From: Vicugna vicugna
Taxonomy: Eukaryota
NCBI GenBank assembly: GCA_013265495.1
Contig: MU061579.1
Location: forward strand, 3,221,319-3,285,318
DNA: 64,000 nucleotides
Direction: 5' to 3'
This document shows, piece by piece, positions 50,154 through 63,442 of the stretch. Within the stretch, counting starts at the first letter, position 1. Every line of letters begins with the position of its first letter. The notes below the pieces were generated by a model. That model saw nothing but the letters and a program-made list of their open reading frames with translations, had not been told where the DNA came from and searched no databases. Both the position numbers and the translations under genes were made by a program.

Positions 50154-53100
50154 AGCTGGATTTTAAGTTACAGGTGGCCTGTAGGCCTGAGTTTTCTCAC
50201 ACAAAATCAAAATACTCATTTCATACTTTTCTGTCTATTGAATAACGGAGGGTGAATGGAATGAAAGAATCTTGGGTGTCAGAGAAAAGAAAATGTAAGC
50301 TGAGCTTTTGGACTCTAAACTTTCAAAAAATAATTACCTATTTCTCTTCCATTTCTACATCTCCTGTTTTTCTGACACATATACATACACCTTTCTGCTG
50401 ATGACTCTAGGCATATTTATATTGTGATGATTAATTAATTTGATGTAAGTGCAAAGATTTAAGAACAGGTCTTTGCAGGCATCGTCTGAGGTTTTAAAGC
50501 TAAACAAGGACTTTTTCTTTTAGTTACAGCAAACATGTTTATACTAATGAGAGCTTTATCTGCCTTATTGCTTTTGCCTCAGATTCACTCACTGCCATTT
50601 CACTTAAAAGAATATTGGAGAGTTTTATTTTTCCCACTGCTGATTTTTTTTTTCCACTCTCTAAACTCCCACCACTTTGTTACATGATGATGAATTTTAA
50701 AAGTGAATAGCAATAAAATTTCAAATTGAAAGAAAGTTTGAAAAGAAATACTTTCCTAATGGACGTTTATTACGATTTGCAAAGAAAAACATTTCAATTC
50801 TATCTTGACCTTTGGTTGGACTTCTAGATGATCTTACAGGAGCCTTCAAGTTCAAGTATATTAAAAATTATGTAATATTAACTTTATAATGGTAATATAA
50901 TTATAATTATATTTTGAAAAGTAAAACACTTTTAAAATTATTGATATTCACAGTAAAGGCTGATATTCTGAAACTTCATTCCACAAAGAAATATGAAGAC
51001 AGTGAGAGAACATATATCATTTAATAATCATCTGGTTTTTATTCCTACCTCATGGAACATCCAGTACAGGTATGTCTATAGTACATATAATTTTATATTA
51101 GATTATTGGCCAAGTATGGAATGTATAAAAAGAGGCAAGCTTTATTGGAAGTGAATTTACTATAAAATGACTAAATAGCAAAGGATTCTATTCTGAAATA
51201 ATTTCCAAGGGCATAATAATAATTCAATTTATCATTTTCATAATTGTTCCTGAACTGTGAATTCAGGGACCCATTAAACGATCATATAGGGCATTATTAA
51301 GTATTTATCACACAATAAATAAGTTTACCCATTTTGTGTGAAGCAGCACCTGAATTTTTATCTAATAAATTTAATATTATGTATTACTCCAATATTGTTT
51401 TCTAATTCTACCTTAAATAACTTAATGGGATCTACATTGCACAAAACAAATTAAAATTCACATACTATGTGTAATTTTAGGGGAGATGATAAAATTAATT
51501 AATTAATTAGCAATTTAAATATCTTCCCTCTCTACACTACCTCCTGATAATTGACAAGCTACATCTTATGGGAGACATAGTGACAATGTTTATTAAAACA
51601 CTATTTTCAATTCAAAAATATTTTTACTGTAGTTAATTCAGTAAAATAATTAGTAAAAGCATTTGTTTTCCACCTTGAAATGGATAAAATAAATAGTTGA
51701 TTTATTTTAAACTCTCCTAGGTAAATTATATTTTATGTTCCAATCCCAATGCATTGGCAAAATTTTCTGGAAGTATTATTTTGAGAAGACTGTGAAATCT
51801 ACCTTGACTCAATATAACAGAATAGAATGATAGAAGTGCTACCCTTTCAAGTAAAAATAGAAAATGTATGACATATGAATCATATGTATGTTATTTTAAA
51901 CTTGAGTCAATCTAACGAGTATATAAATACATTAATCATTAACAAATGAAGCAAAAATGCTTCTCCAAATGGCAACTTATTATTTGACAATATTTCTTGC
52001 CATATTGTTTATATATTGAAACTTGCCAAATAAGAAAGACAGTGATGTTTAATAAATTATTCCTTGTACTCTGTAGAGTTGCATATCCAGTATTATACCT
52101 TTAAATTCTGGCTCCTCATCAACATTTAATTGCTCAATTCACATTCCTCTGACTCTGAAAATAACCAGTTTATAAACTATAAGGAAGGGAACGAGGTTGA
52201 GAATGGAGGAGGCCTTTTTATGATCTTTTCCTCACAAAATAAAGATATAGTACTTTTTGCTACATATTGATATATATTTATGCATAGATAATATTATATG
52301 AGAGTAAATGTAACTTGTTTTATCCATTTAATTTAGTTGTATTCACTTTGCATGACTAATCATAGAGAAAAATATCTATTTTGGGGTTGATCTACATAAA
52401 ATATAAAAAAAACCTCCCCAAGTCATACATTAAGTAGACTCAATTAGTGACCTGAGATGCGCTCATGCCTGTTAAACTTTTGTAAAATATTTCCAGTGCT
52501 CTAGGATCCGACAAGACCATTATAAGTTAATTTAGCATGCAATATTTTTGCAAATACGTACAACTTTTATTATTTTCAGGAATTAAAAGTCATTCATAAA
52601 AGTGGTTTACATAAAACAAGTTTAATTAAGTAATTTGTTCATTCCCCTGTGACAGTCTTCACACATGATTGAAGATGCAGGCAGAATAAGCATCATCATT
52701 TTTAATAATTTCAACATGTTCTGCTAAATGCAGAGAAATGCAGTTGTAATTAGGAAAGAAATATAATAAAAGCCTCTGCTACATAAGTGTTATTGAAATA
52801 TGTTATTAAAAATGAAGTGCACACTTGATGAGTGAGGCTAGGTAGCCACATTTCGTGCTTTAAAATCAGGGTAAATAAGAGAACAAAATATTCAAGGTGT
52901 GTGAGCATTGGTTGCTTTGAATTTCTCATAAAAGTTGCCTGATTTCACAGAGGCAATAATTACGGTCACATGGACAAATTAAATGCATGTGGGAGAAAGA
53001 ACTTTTACCAAAGACAACCTTTTTTTAAAGTAATATCGTTGAATATTAAGCACTTGCTACTGAAGACTCCAAAGGGAAAATATTAGCTATATAGAATCCA

Positions 53101-53794
53101 GACAAACTAAATACGAAAGAATTAAGTTATAATCATTTTATGGTGGAAGTAGGTTAATGTATATTTATACAATTAAGCAAACATTTTGGATGTCATTGTA
53201 AAAGAGTCTTTTAGTCTCATGTTACTTGTTCTCAGAACCAATCAACCATATACATAATAATATTTTGGGGAATGCTGAGGTGACTGTCAACTTTATCTGA
53301 CATATTTTCCCCAACAGTTTATCATTACTCTTCTATAGTTTTGTCAGGAGTTATGCCTTTTCTTTAAGTTCTCTGTTCTAATGTATTTTACGTAGTATTT
53401 TTTAAATAATGATGTATAAATCCCAGAAAAATATATTGAATGTGAATGGGTTTGCCTGTTTGAAGGAGAGTGGAAAAGAACCACAAGGGCATTAGGTCAA
53501 AGGAAACAGTACTAACCAACTTGGTATATCTTGCTGGGTAAAGCTGGTTACTTGCAGCCTCCGTTTCCAACTGCTTAAATTTTCACTGTACTTAGCAACT
53601 TTTTTCCAGATAATTGAAAATTATGCCATGTGTCTCTGAAATTTACAACTTACAGCAATGAAAATTTTTTTAGCATAATAATATTTATAATATTGTCCTA
53701 AAGCACATAGTTCAAAATTCCCCCTAGATAATGGAGGATCTTGTATGAATGAAATCAACAAGTAATACCAAACCTAGGTAATTGTGTGAATATT

Positions 53795-54025
53795 AATAAA
53801 GACCATTGACTAAGGCCTTCGGTACCCCAGGCATTGGGCAAAGCTTTTTGCATATTTTATCTCTTTTAATTCTCCTCACAGTTCTATGACATAGAGAATT
53901 TTATCATCATTTTCCATATTTGGAGTCTGAGTCAGAGAGAACATTGGCTAAAGTCACACAATTAATAAATTAAAAAGCAGAGCTTTGTACTTAGGTCTAT
54001 TTAGTCTGAATATCAGTATTTTAAA
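53795..54025 (-). mobile_element. MIR SINE
   Basis: ccaggcattgggcaaagc..tttaattctcctcacagttctatga..ttggctaaagtcacacaattaataaat. Confidence 0.7.
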
Positions 54026-54929
54026 GCATCTTCTAAGCATAAACTCTCAAGTTTCACCAGACTCAAATCTTTGCTTTTGCATGACCTGATATAATTTCCT
54101 TTATTTTGGGGGAAAAAAAAACTAAATTGGAGAATTAAATATTGTGATCTCATGTAAGTTTTTTGTATTTATATACAACATGAAATACTATTTTTAAAAA
54201 AATATATTGAATTTTTAATTTAAAAAATTAAAACAAAGAAATAGATATTAAAATAAGGATCAATATTCTAAGGATATATACATCTATATTTATATAATTT
54301 ATTAGCTAATTTAATAGCCTGATGTTGTTAAATGAATACCATGTTTATATAAAGATAACATACTACACCTCATAATCTGTATCTCATTTTGATACAAAAA
54401 CCTGCTGTCACAGATGGAGGGGAACTAGAAATGACATCTTTCAAGCATAATTGGAATTGTAAATACCAGATCCTACATGTGTACATGACATCATATGGGA
54501 TACTGAAGTCATGAAAATTACCTAAGCCACAGTAGATTAATTGTTACTTTTATTTTCTTTGAGGTTCATACTTGTTTACGATCCTATCCTATTGTATACA
54601 TTTTGTCAGTTATTTCAAACAGCATTTTGAAATCTTGCAAAAAAAAAAAAAAGGAAGGAAAGAAAATCAGGAAAGTGAGAGAGGAAGAAAATAAGAAATG
54701 TAGGTACTTAGTTCAACATCAAACTGAGAACAAATTTCAGACAGTTGCTTAGGCTCTCTCTCAGATATAACCATGCAAGAACAGGAAACTAGAAAATGTG
54801 TGCAAAAGTCAAGTGAAACAACAGACAATAGAAAGAGTCCCACAGCAATCCAGTTAATAAAGGTTTCAGGTAAGGTCTCTCTCTAAACATATATTATGAT
54901 AAATTTATTCTATGGAAAATTATTCAAAA

Positions 54930-56900
54930 AAAATTTAAAGAGGATGAATGACTGCTATACTCAAGAATATGAACAATCTTACAGGCATAATATTGAGTAA
55001 AGGAAGACAAACTCAAAAGGCACATGTTGTATGAGTTCACTGTATGAAGGTCAAAACTGTGGAAAATCTATATTGCTAGATATCTAAAGATATTTGCCTG
55101 GTAAGGGCCATGAAAGAGCTTGTTGAGTTATCAAATAAATTACATATTTTGATCTATGTGATGGTACAAGTGTTTATACACAATAGTTAAGTATGTGCAT
55201 TAAGTACTACTTCAATAATACAATAAAAGTGGATACCATCAATAATTATATTTAAAATAATATAAAACATAGGTGAAATATATAATTTTAAATATGTATA
55301 TGAAAGATAAAACTCCACAGAACAATGAAACTTGCCAAAGATTACATAAGAAGAAACTGAAAAGACAAATATTCTAATGTACCAAACAATCTGTGTCAAC
55401 AACCAAGTGATTTATTTCTCAAATATTAAACTGGTACAAATAGAGTTTCTGGTGACTATACATAAACTTTTAATTAATAGCTCCAAATATATCAAATGTG
55501 TTCCCAATTTTCTCTCAAGTCATTTATAACTTAACATATTTTATCAGAACAGTATAAGAAGTGAAAATTAAATAGTGGTTTCCTTCATGAACATGGAATA
55601 AAAAAATCATGAACTTATTATTAATAAACCAAGAAAATTAGCCCAAGAAAATATGCTATCTATAGCATATAAATATTATGAAGATCAAGTTAAGCTTATA
55701 GGAAATATTTAACATTATTAAACTTTAGAAAATCAGTGTATGCAGTCCATCAAATTAACAGTTAAAAGAGAAATGTTATATGATAATTTCAATAGATGCA
55801 GAATAAGTGATTGATGAAATTAAACCTCCATACTTGATAAAACCTTCTAGCAAATCAGTAACAGAAGGGGACTTTTGCATTGATAGAGATTTGTTTGTTA
55901 AGGGTAAGTTAACTCCTATAGAAAACTATCACCAAACTTAAGTGATTAAAGAATATAATTTTTCTTGTTTGTATAATAGTTAAGTATACAGGCTCCTTAT
56001 CAGAGGATTCTTCTGGGAGGCTCTTCTCAAAGTGGGGATTTAGGAACCCTGTTCTATTTTATTATATTTCTCAAACATACTCTATGCTCTTTACTTTCAA
56101 TTTCAAGAAACAAACAAACAAAATGATTATGTTAGCTCTCATGTGCTAAGCCACAGAGTGGAGCACATCACTTACTCTATAACCATTTAGACCAAAGTAA
56201 GTTTCTCCTAAGGTTAAGTAAAGCTGGTACATGTACAATGGCTCTGTGCCCAATTAGAAGAGAGGATACAATTTTGAATGCCTAGCAGTTGCAGCCACAA
56301 AGTAGCTCTACAACATAACTAGAGAAAATATCATACTTGTTAATAAAATATTTAAACTTTCATTTTGAGATGTGAACAAGATATGGACATCCGCCATCAA
56401 CATTTCTGTTCAACATTGGGTTGGAGATCTTAACTAGTGATAGGTCATGAAAAGGGAAACAATAGGTATAAGACCTGAAAAGGAAGGATTGCACAGTCAT
56501 TTTTCTCATTAAAAAAAGAATCACCAAATTGAACTTGAGTTTTAATATAATCTGAAAGACAAAAAATTTTGTGAAATTGACATTAGTAATTATATTAAAG
56601 TCAATAGTCAAGGATAGAAAAGACAATATTGAAGTGAAAAATGAGGATGAGAGATTTGTCTATGAGATACCAAGACATTATAAAGCTACAAAAATTAAGG
56701 TGGAGTGTTGCTGGAGCTGAAAGAGAAAGAAAAGAATCAATCACTGAAATAAAACAAACAACCCAGAAACCACCCATAACATATAGTCTTTGAATGATGA
56801 AAAGATGATATTATAGAAAAGTGGAGACAATGCTCATTTTAATAATTTGTAATGGATTATATATGTATGTACACCCATTTGATACCCTTACCCTACACCA
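54930..56900 (+). mobile_element. Cluster of old L1 fragments with an MLT1-like insert (~55890-56300)
   Basis: L1 3'UTR (atatgaacaatcttacaggcataatattgagtaaaggaagac) and ORF2 remnants (gataatttcaatagatgcagaataag, acaagatatggacatccgccatcaacatttctgttcaacattg). Confidence 0.7.
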
Positions 56901-57634
56901 CAAAGAAGCAAAAAGTTAATCATTTTAAATATTTACTAGCACAATTAATAACCTTAAACATGTGGATGTATGTCTATCCACCTTATAAGAAGAAACACTT
57001 ACAAAATTGACAGAAATTGAATAAACACTATTTGTAAGTTTAATTTTTACAAACTTCAAAAAATTAAGATAGCACAGAGATCATTTTTCTAATAAAAATG
57101 CAATAAATATCACCTTAATATTAAATGCACATATATTTAATACATATACATTAGCATATGTATTAAAATATTTTATATATTAAAATAATTAACTTAAAAT
57201 TCATAAATATATATGTTTATATTAAAATAATTAAAAATTAAATCTCTATCACCAACTTATTTTCTGCTGTATTTTTATCATGCACTGTTGTTCAGAAATA
57301 CTGAAAGGAAAACTTAACACACAGAAAACTTTCATACATCCTAATTAAGATACTTGTTTTATTCTTACTTATTTAACAACAGAAATTAACATTACAAAAT
57401 AGATTTGATTAAACCTTGATTAAAAACTTTGGTAAAGAAGACTTTCTGATTGGAAAAAAAAAAAAGTATGTTTATCCATGTAATTTTATAAAATCTGGGA
57501 GAAAGAGAGCCATGATAATAGAGTCAATTCCTGTGTCTTAGTAATGCCAGACTAGTTTCTGTTGATTTCATTATGCACTTGAAGTGAAAAACAAACATTC
57601 CACAGCTTATCCTAAAGTCACTCTTCTTTTCATT

Positions 57635-58428
57635 TTTGAAAAATTAAGACTTTACTTCCCAGAGAAGTTTATTTAAGGTTTACAAAAAAATTAACAGGAA
57701 GTCCAAATAGTTCCCATATACTCCCAATACCCCGACACACAGTGTCACCTACTATTAACCTATTGCACTGATGTGGTATGCTTGTTACAATTGAAAAATC
57801 AACACTAATATATTATTATTCACTAAAGTCCATAGTTTATGTTGGAATTCACTTTTTATATTGATGAATTCTATGAGGTTTGCCAAATGCATAATGTCAC
57901 GAATCCACCATTACAGTGTCAAACAGAAAAGTTTCACAACCCTAAAAATCCCCTATACTATGCCTATTAATCCTTCTCTCCCTCCTTGTAATCTCTGGCA
58001 ACCACTCATCTTTTACAGTTTTGCCTTTTCCAGAATGTCACGTGCTTGAAATTATTCAGTATGTAGCCTTTTCACGGTGGCCTCCTTCTCTTGGCAATAA
58101 GCATTTAAGTTTCCACCATGTGTGTGGTGTGTGTGTGTTTGTGGCATAATAGCTCATTTCCCTTTGTTGCTGAGTAACATTGCTTCGTATGAATGTACCA
58201 CAGTTTGTTTATCCATTCATCTATTGAAGGGTATCTTGGTTGCTTGCAACTTTTGGCGATTAACAATAAAGCTTTTATTAATTTATAGGTAGGTTTTTTG
58301 GAAGACATGCATTTTCAACTCATCTGGGTAAATACCTACCACAGTGATTGCTACATTCTATATTTAGCCTATGTTTGGCTTCATAAGAAACTGGGAAGTT
58401 GTATTCCAAAGAGGCTTTACCAATTTGG
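57635..58428 (-). mobile_element. L1MD/L1MC-like 3' end
   Basis: agttcccatatactccc, ctaaagtccatagtttat, ttttgccttttccagaatgtca, cagtttgtttatccattcatctattgaagg. Reverse translation AKSCKQPRYPSIDEWINKLWYIHT. Confidence 0.9.
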
Positions 58429-58429
58429 T

Positions 58430-59480
58430 ATGTTCTTGGCATATTAATCACAGTCATGTTAAACTCCTGTTCTGATAATTCAACGAAAACACTCTTGCCA
58501 TATCCGAGTTTGGATCCTGATGCTTGCTTCATTTCCTCAAACTGTATTCCTGTATCTTAGCATGCCTTGCTATTTTTTGCTGAAAGCCAGACTTGATGTA
58601 TCCAGTAAAAGAACTGAGGTAGATAGGTCTTTTATGTGAGATTTTTCTGCTTATCTGGCTAGGGGTTAGGAGGTGTTTACTGTTTGCTTTACCCGTCAGT
58701 GTCAGAGGCTAAAATTTCCTCTAATACCTTTGTTTGTATCTCTCTTGTTTTCTTTGCATTTTCCTAGAGACTCCTTAAATAGGGTCGGAGACTTAGAGGT
58801 GGCTTTGTTTATTTGTTTGTTTGTTTGTTTGTTTGTTTAATCTGTAATCCCCTGTTGTTAGAAAGGATACTTACTGATATGGTGGTTTAAGTGTTAGGAG
58901 AGGGGAGTGCTCTACAACCCTAAAATTTGGTAACAGGCTCTTACTGAACCTGAGTTGGGTATTTCCCTTTCTCCACATCAAAGGCTGGAGTTGGATTTTT
59001 CTCTTCCCACAGGGTTGGGTATCTTTGGTAAAATCTCAGTTGGTCAGGCTCTCGTAAAACATTCTCCTTAATTGGTAAGTCTCGTCAAGAAAAGCAGAGG
59101 GCATTATACTATCTCAAATCAGCTCCTTCCTCTCCAATCTCTGCTGGAACCAGGAGGTTTGTCTCACATGCTTAGAGTGAGAATCTGGTAGCCCTCCTGG
59201 TGGTAAACGCCTGAAATTCTGGAGGCCTCTCTAAGGCTGGGCCCCTCGAAGTCTTTAAGTCCCAAAGTGGTCTGCACTAAGCCTCCAGCAATTTATCACT
59301 TAGAGTTGAGCGTTCCAGCTGTGGGCTTCTGTGTCAGGGCTTCTCTCGTAAGCTCTGGTTCTCTGTGCCGGTCTGTCTCTCCAATTTTTACAGCAGAAGT
59401 TTGCCCTGGGACCTCAGTTCTCTGATGGATCTAAGAGCTGTTGATTTTCAGTTTGTTTAGCTTTTTCTGGTAGCTTTAGA
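58430..59480 (-). mobile_element. Probable 5' region of an L1MD-like element
   Basis: catattaatcacagtcatgttaaactcctgttctgataattcaac, tagcatgccttgc..ttgctgaaagccagac, acctcagttctctgatggatctaagag resemble the reverse-strand L1MDa 5' region. Confidence 0.55.
58804..58838. repeat. (TTTG)n microsatellite
   Basis: tttgtttatttgtttgtttgtttgtttgtttgttt. Confidence 0.9.
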
Positions 59481-60699
59481 GGTAGAAGTAATATATTATC
59501 TTTTTCTACAGATTCTCCATTTACAATGAGAATTTTGTGCCGTTTTCCATCTTCCTGCTTTTATGGAGAATGGAACTTTGGGATAATCGAACATGTTTCT
59601 CATTGTATAAGTTGATAAATCTAATGACTATTTTGATTTACCTCAGATTTGATTTGAATTAATTTAGTGAACACTGCTTTATGGAATCAGAAAAGTATCT
59701 TAGGAAAATATTGTTCAAAGGGTGTGTGTGTGCATGTAAAGTTAAGAGTGTTTATGTGTACTTCTTTTTAAACAGCATAATTATAAATTCAGCAATTTAA
59801 GAAAAACTATATCTACAATGAAACATTTCTCAAAACTTGTAATGTATGTGTATTTTGACATATGATTAAAAACTCACAAATATATCCAATAAAATAATAA
59901 CTGATTTGCCTCCATTTTTATTTAGATCCCTAAAATGCAGAAGTAAATTATTTACCTATCCTGTTATGGTTTTTTATGGTTCTGGTCTGGCTCTTTATTT
60001 GCTGAAATCACATATTTCCCTATACCATATTTTCAATTAAAAGGAAGTAACTCTAAAATACATTTATGCAAATGGAGTTTGAGAAGACTTTTTTTTTTAA
60101 ACAAAAATGAAAATTAGAAAAGAATGAAAATGAAATGCTGCTTTGATTTGGAAACAAAGTGCAAGACAAATCTAACATGATTCTGAAACAGAATAGAAGA
60201 AATAGAGATTTTTTTTTTAAAGATAATACAAAGTGCCCAGAGGACTAAATTATGGTGGTAGGGGTTAGGGAGGATGTTTTTTCGGGGAGTGAGGGCAGCT
60301 CAAGGAAAAGTTTTTTGGAGTAAATGATCTTTGAGTTTAAGTTTGGTGTCACTGCAAAGGAGATTAAGCAAAAAGAACAGTCCAGGCAGAAGGAACTGAA
60401 TCTCTTGGGGTTGAGGCAGAGAAGGACCGGGCACCTAAGGATTAGCGCCTTAGACTCTGGGAGCCGTGGAGGAGGAAGAGGCATTGGTGACCTTTACTCC
60501 ACAGGAAAACACGTTGTTGTAGCTCTCGCCAAATGTTGCAAACACCTCAAATTTATCCAACTGCCAAATTGCTCTGATCATGGTTTGACAGCAGACGGTG
60601 GCCCAAGCTCCTGCACCTCTCATGCAAAACAGCTCCACGACATTCTTTCCTCCAATCTCAGAGTCACAGAAGAGCACTTTATTGTCTCAGAGGGGGAAA

Positions 60700-61680
60700 A
60701 ATCAGGCTTTATCAAAATTGAAACATCTGCTTTTTGAAAGACACATTTAAAGAAAGTGAATAGGCAAGCAATAGACTGGAAGAAATGTTTATAATACATA
60801 TGTCTGAATTCCAAAATATGTATTGTGCATAAAGCAAAAAAACAAAAACAAACAAACAAAAAACCTCCAATGTTAAAAAAGACAAACTAGAAAATGAACC
60901 ACAGCAACAACAATTAAAATGATCTGGAGAAACACTTCACCAAGGAGAATGGAAAATAGGTAAATATGAAAAAGTATTCAACATCTTCAGTGAAATGCAA
61001 TTAATCCATAACAAGATAGTGAAACACAACCATCTGAGTGATGCTGAGGAATGTAACAGAATTCTCCTACATAGAGTGTAAAACAATCATTATAGAAAAT
61101 AGTATGATAATTTATTATAAAGTTAAAGATATATCTTTCTTATAACTCAACCTTTCCAATGCTAAGTGCTTATCCAGGAGAAATGAAATCATACACCAAT
61201 ATAAAAATTTTACAATAATATTTCTAGCCAATTCTTTCATAATCACCAAAAAAACAGAGAACAACCCAAATATTCATCATTAGGTATAGATAAATAAAAT
61301 GTGTATATTCATACAATGGACTACAGTTCTGGAATAAAAAGGACAAGTCACTGATTCATGCAGTAACATGTATAAATCCCAAGGCATTAAGATGCGTAAA
61401 AGACACCAGAAGCAGATGAGTTCATACTGTATCATTTTATTTATCTGAAGTTTAAAACTGACGAAGCTGTTATGTGGTGAAAGAAGGCAGAATAGAAGTT
61501 GCTTCTAGGGATTTGGTGAGAATGGGGAGGTTACCGACTGGAAACTGAGACAAAGGGTGTTATGCCTATATTTTAATAACAGCACACTTTGCATGGGTGT
61601 ATGCATCCATCAAAACCTATAGTGCTTTTATTTAATATCTGTTCATTTCAAAGTACATAACATATGCTTCAAAAAAGAAA
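60700..61680 (+). mobile_element. Old L1 (L1ME-like) ORF2 end and 3'UTR
   Basis: aaaattgaaacatctgctttttgaaagacac, aaacacttcaccaagga, tatccaggagaaatgaaatcata, atattcatacaatggacta. Confidence 0.8.
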
Positions 61681-61809
61681 AGCATTGGGAAGATATTTCA
61701 GTAGGGACATTTCAAGAAAAGTGCTCCTGAAAGAGCAATTAAGATGAAAACACAGCCGCCTGCTGGGTTTCTGTGCTCTTCTTCAAGTCCAAAACCCACA
61801 CTTACACAT

Positions 61810-62800
61810 TACATCCCATCTGTGCTGTCCTCCACAGGGATATCTCTCAGGCAATTTTCCCATCTCTTCTCTGATCCATTTTTTTCCCTTTTTTTACTGA
61901 CTTCTTAACCTTAGCATAAAACACGCCCTAATTTCTCTAACCCAAGAAAAAAAGTTACCTCCCTACAGCTTCATATCTTACTTGTGTTCACATTTTCCAC
62001 ACTAAGCTTGAAATTTTCCCCTGAATCCAGTCTCCTCGTCGAACTGAAGTTGGGAATACCATATTCTCCACTGATAACAAGGAGATCATTTAATTGTCCT
62101 TGATTTTTTCCTCTCACACTCCATGTCAATTTCTTCAGCAAATCCTGTTGCCTCAACCTTGAAAATACATCCAGTTTCTTTCAATGTCTTACTACCTCCA
62201 TCCATCCCAAACAGTGGGACCAAAGGCAGTGCTATCTAGATTCTTGATTATCCCACAGCCACCTGACTGGCTTCCCTGCTTCCAGCCTTCTCCCCTCTGT
62301 CTGTTGTCAGTACAGGAGCAGGATAATCTCCTCACCGTGTCACTCCGCTGTTCCAGATTCTTCAGCTGCAGTGCAGAGCTGACACTATCTTCATGGCATA
62401 AAATGCTTCTTCCATCTGAGATCTTTTCCATCCTAGACATGCCTTCTACTCCACTGAGCCTTACTGTCACCCTTGCTTTCTCTTGGGCCATAGTTTTTAG
62501 TAGTTTTCTCCATTACCTACTTCAAGACTTTGATCAAATACCTCCATCTCAGTGAAAGCTTTCTGGCAATGTGTTCACAGAGGATGTGGGCTGGGGAGGC
62601 AGTGAGGGTGAGTCCCTATCTCCATTCTCTGCTTCATTTTCTTCCATATCATTCATCCTCTTTTAACATAATCGTTTAAAAATTTTTATTATTTAGCTCT
62701 CCAAGTGAAATATAAGCTCCATGAAGCCAGACATTTTTGTTTTATCCCTAGCATTCAGAATTGTGCCTCACATATAGTAATCACTTAATAAATATTAATT
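61810..62800 (+). mobile_element. LINE2 (L2a-like) 3' portion
   Basis: cagcaaatcctgttgcctcaaccttgaaaatacatccag ... taagctccatgaagccagac..tagcattcagaattgtgcctcacatatagtaatcacttaataaatatt. Confidence 0.8.
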
Positions 62801-63029
62801 CAGCGAGTCAATTTTGAAAAATTGTTGATATTCTTTTGATTCATCTAAGATTGACATGTAGTTCTGTCCTTGCAATTTGAAGTTATAGTCATGCTTTCTG
62901 AATTCTACTGAACCTGCAACGAAACTTAGAATGTGTTTATACATGATTTAGCATTTTCAGTGAGAGCGCTGAACATTAAAAATAATTCAGAAGCCTTATT
63001 TTCAAAGAACATTTACAATGGCCTGTTGT

Positions 63030-63140
63030 TTAAATGTTTATATATATAAATGTTTATATATAATATGTATATGTATATATAATATGTATATATGGTAATA
63101 TTACCATATATTATATGATATTATCATATATATTTAAATT
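63030..63140. repeat. AT-rich (TA)n-derived low-complexity repeat with palindromes
   Basis: Contains the perfect 24-bp palindrome atatatggtaatattaccatatat (63088-63111) and an adjacent tatatgata-t-tatcatata (63112-63130). Confidence 0.85.
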
Positions 63141-63313
63141 ATTTTATTTAAGTCAGTAGTATACTTAGCATCAGAGAAAATGCTTTCTTTTTTTCTTCAT
63201 CTCTAACTTCCTCAAATGAAATCCAAAGTAATTTTTATTGCAAATTGAATAATATTTTAAGGAATCAAATTGGTCCCTCATCAGGGAAAACATGGCAGGA
63301 AGTTGAAATATTT

Positions 63314-63442
63314 CTTTATTTTTTGGGGGGGTGGGTAGAAGTTAGGCTTATTTATTTATTTTTAGAGGAAGTACTGTGGATTGAACGCAGGACCTTGTAT
63401 ATGCTAAGCATGCACCCTGCCACTTGAGCTACACCCTCCCTC
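63314..63442 (-). mobile_element. tRNA-derived SINE, camelid Vic-1-like
   Basis: Reverse strand gggagggtgtagctcaagtgg (A box)...gttcaatcc (B box)...aaataaataaataa..cccc..A tail. 10-bp TSD tgaaatattt (63304-63313, 63443-63452). Confidence 0.85.

Noticed and set aside
60324..60737. 137-aa plus-strand ORF
   Set aside because: It starts in L2-like sequence and ends in L1. No recognisable domain or clear exon structure.
63370..63442. Possible tRNA gene on the minus strand
   Set aside because: It is the head of a SINE, with a tail and TSD and no complete cloverleaf.
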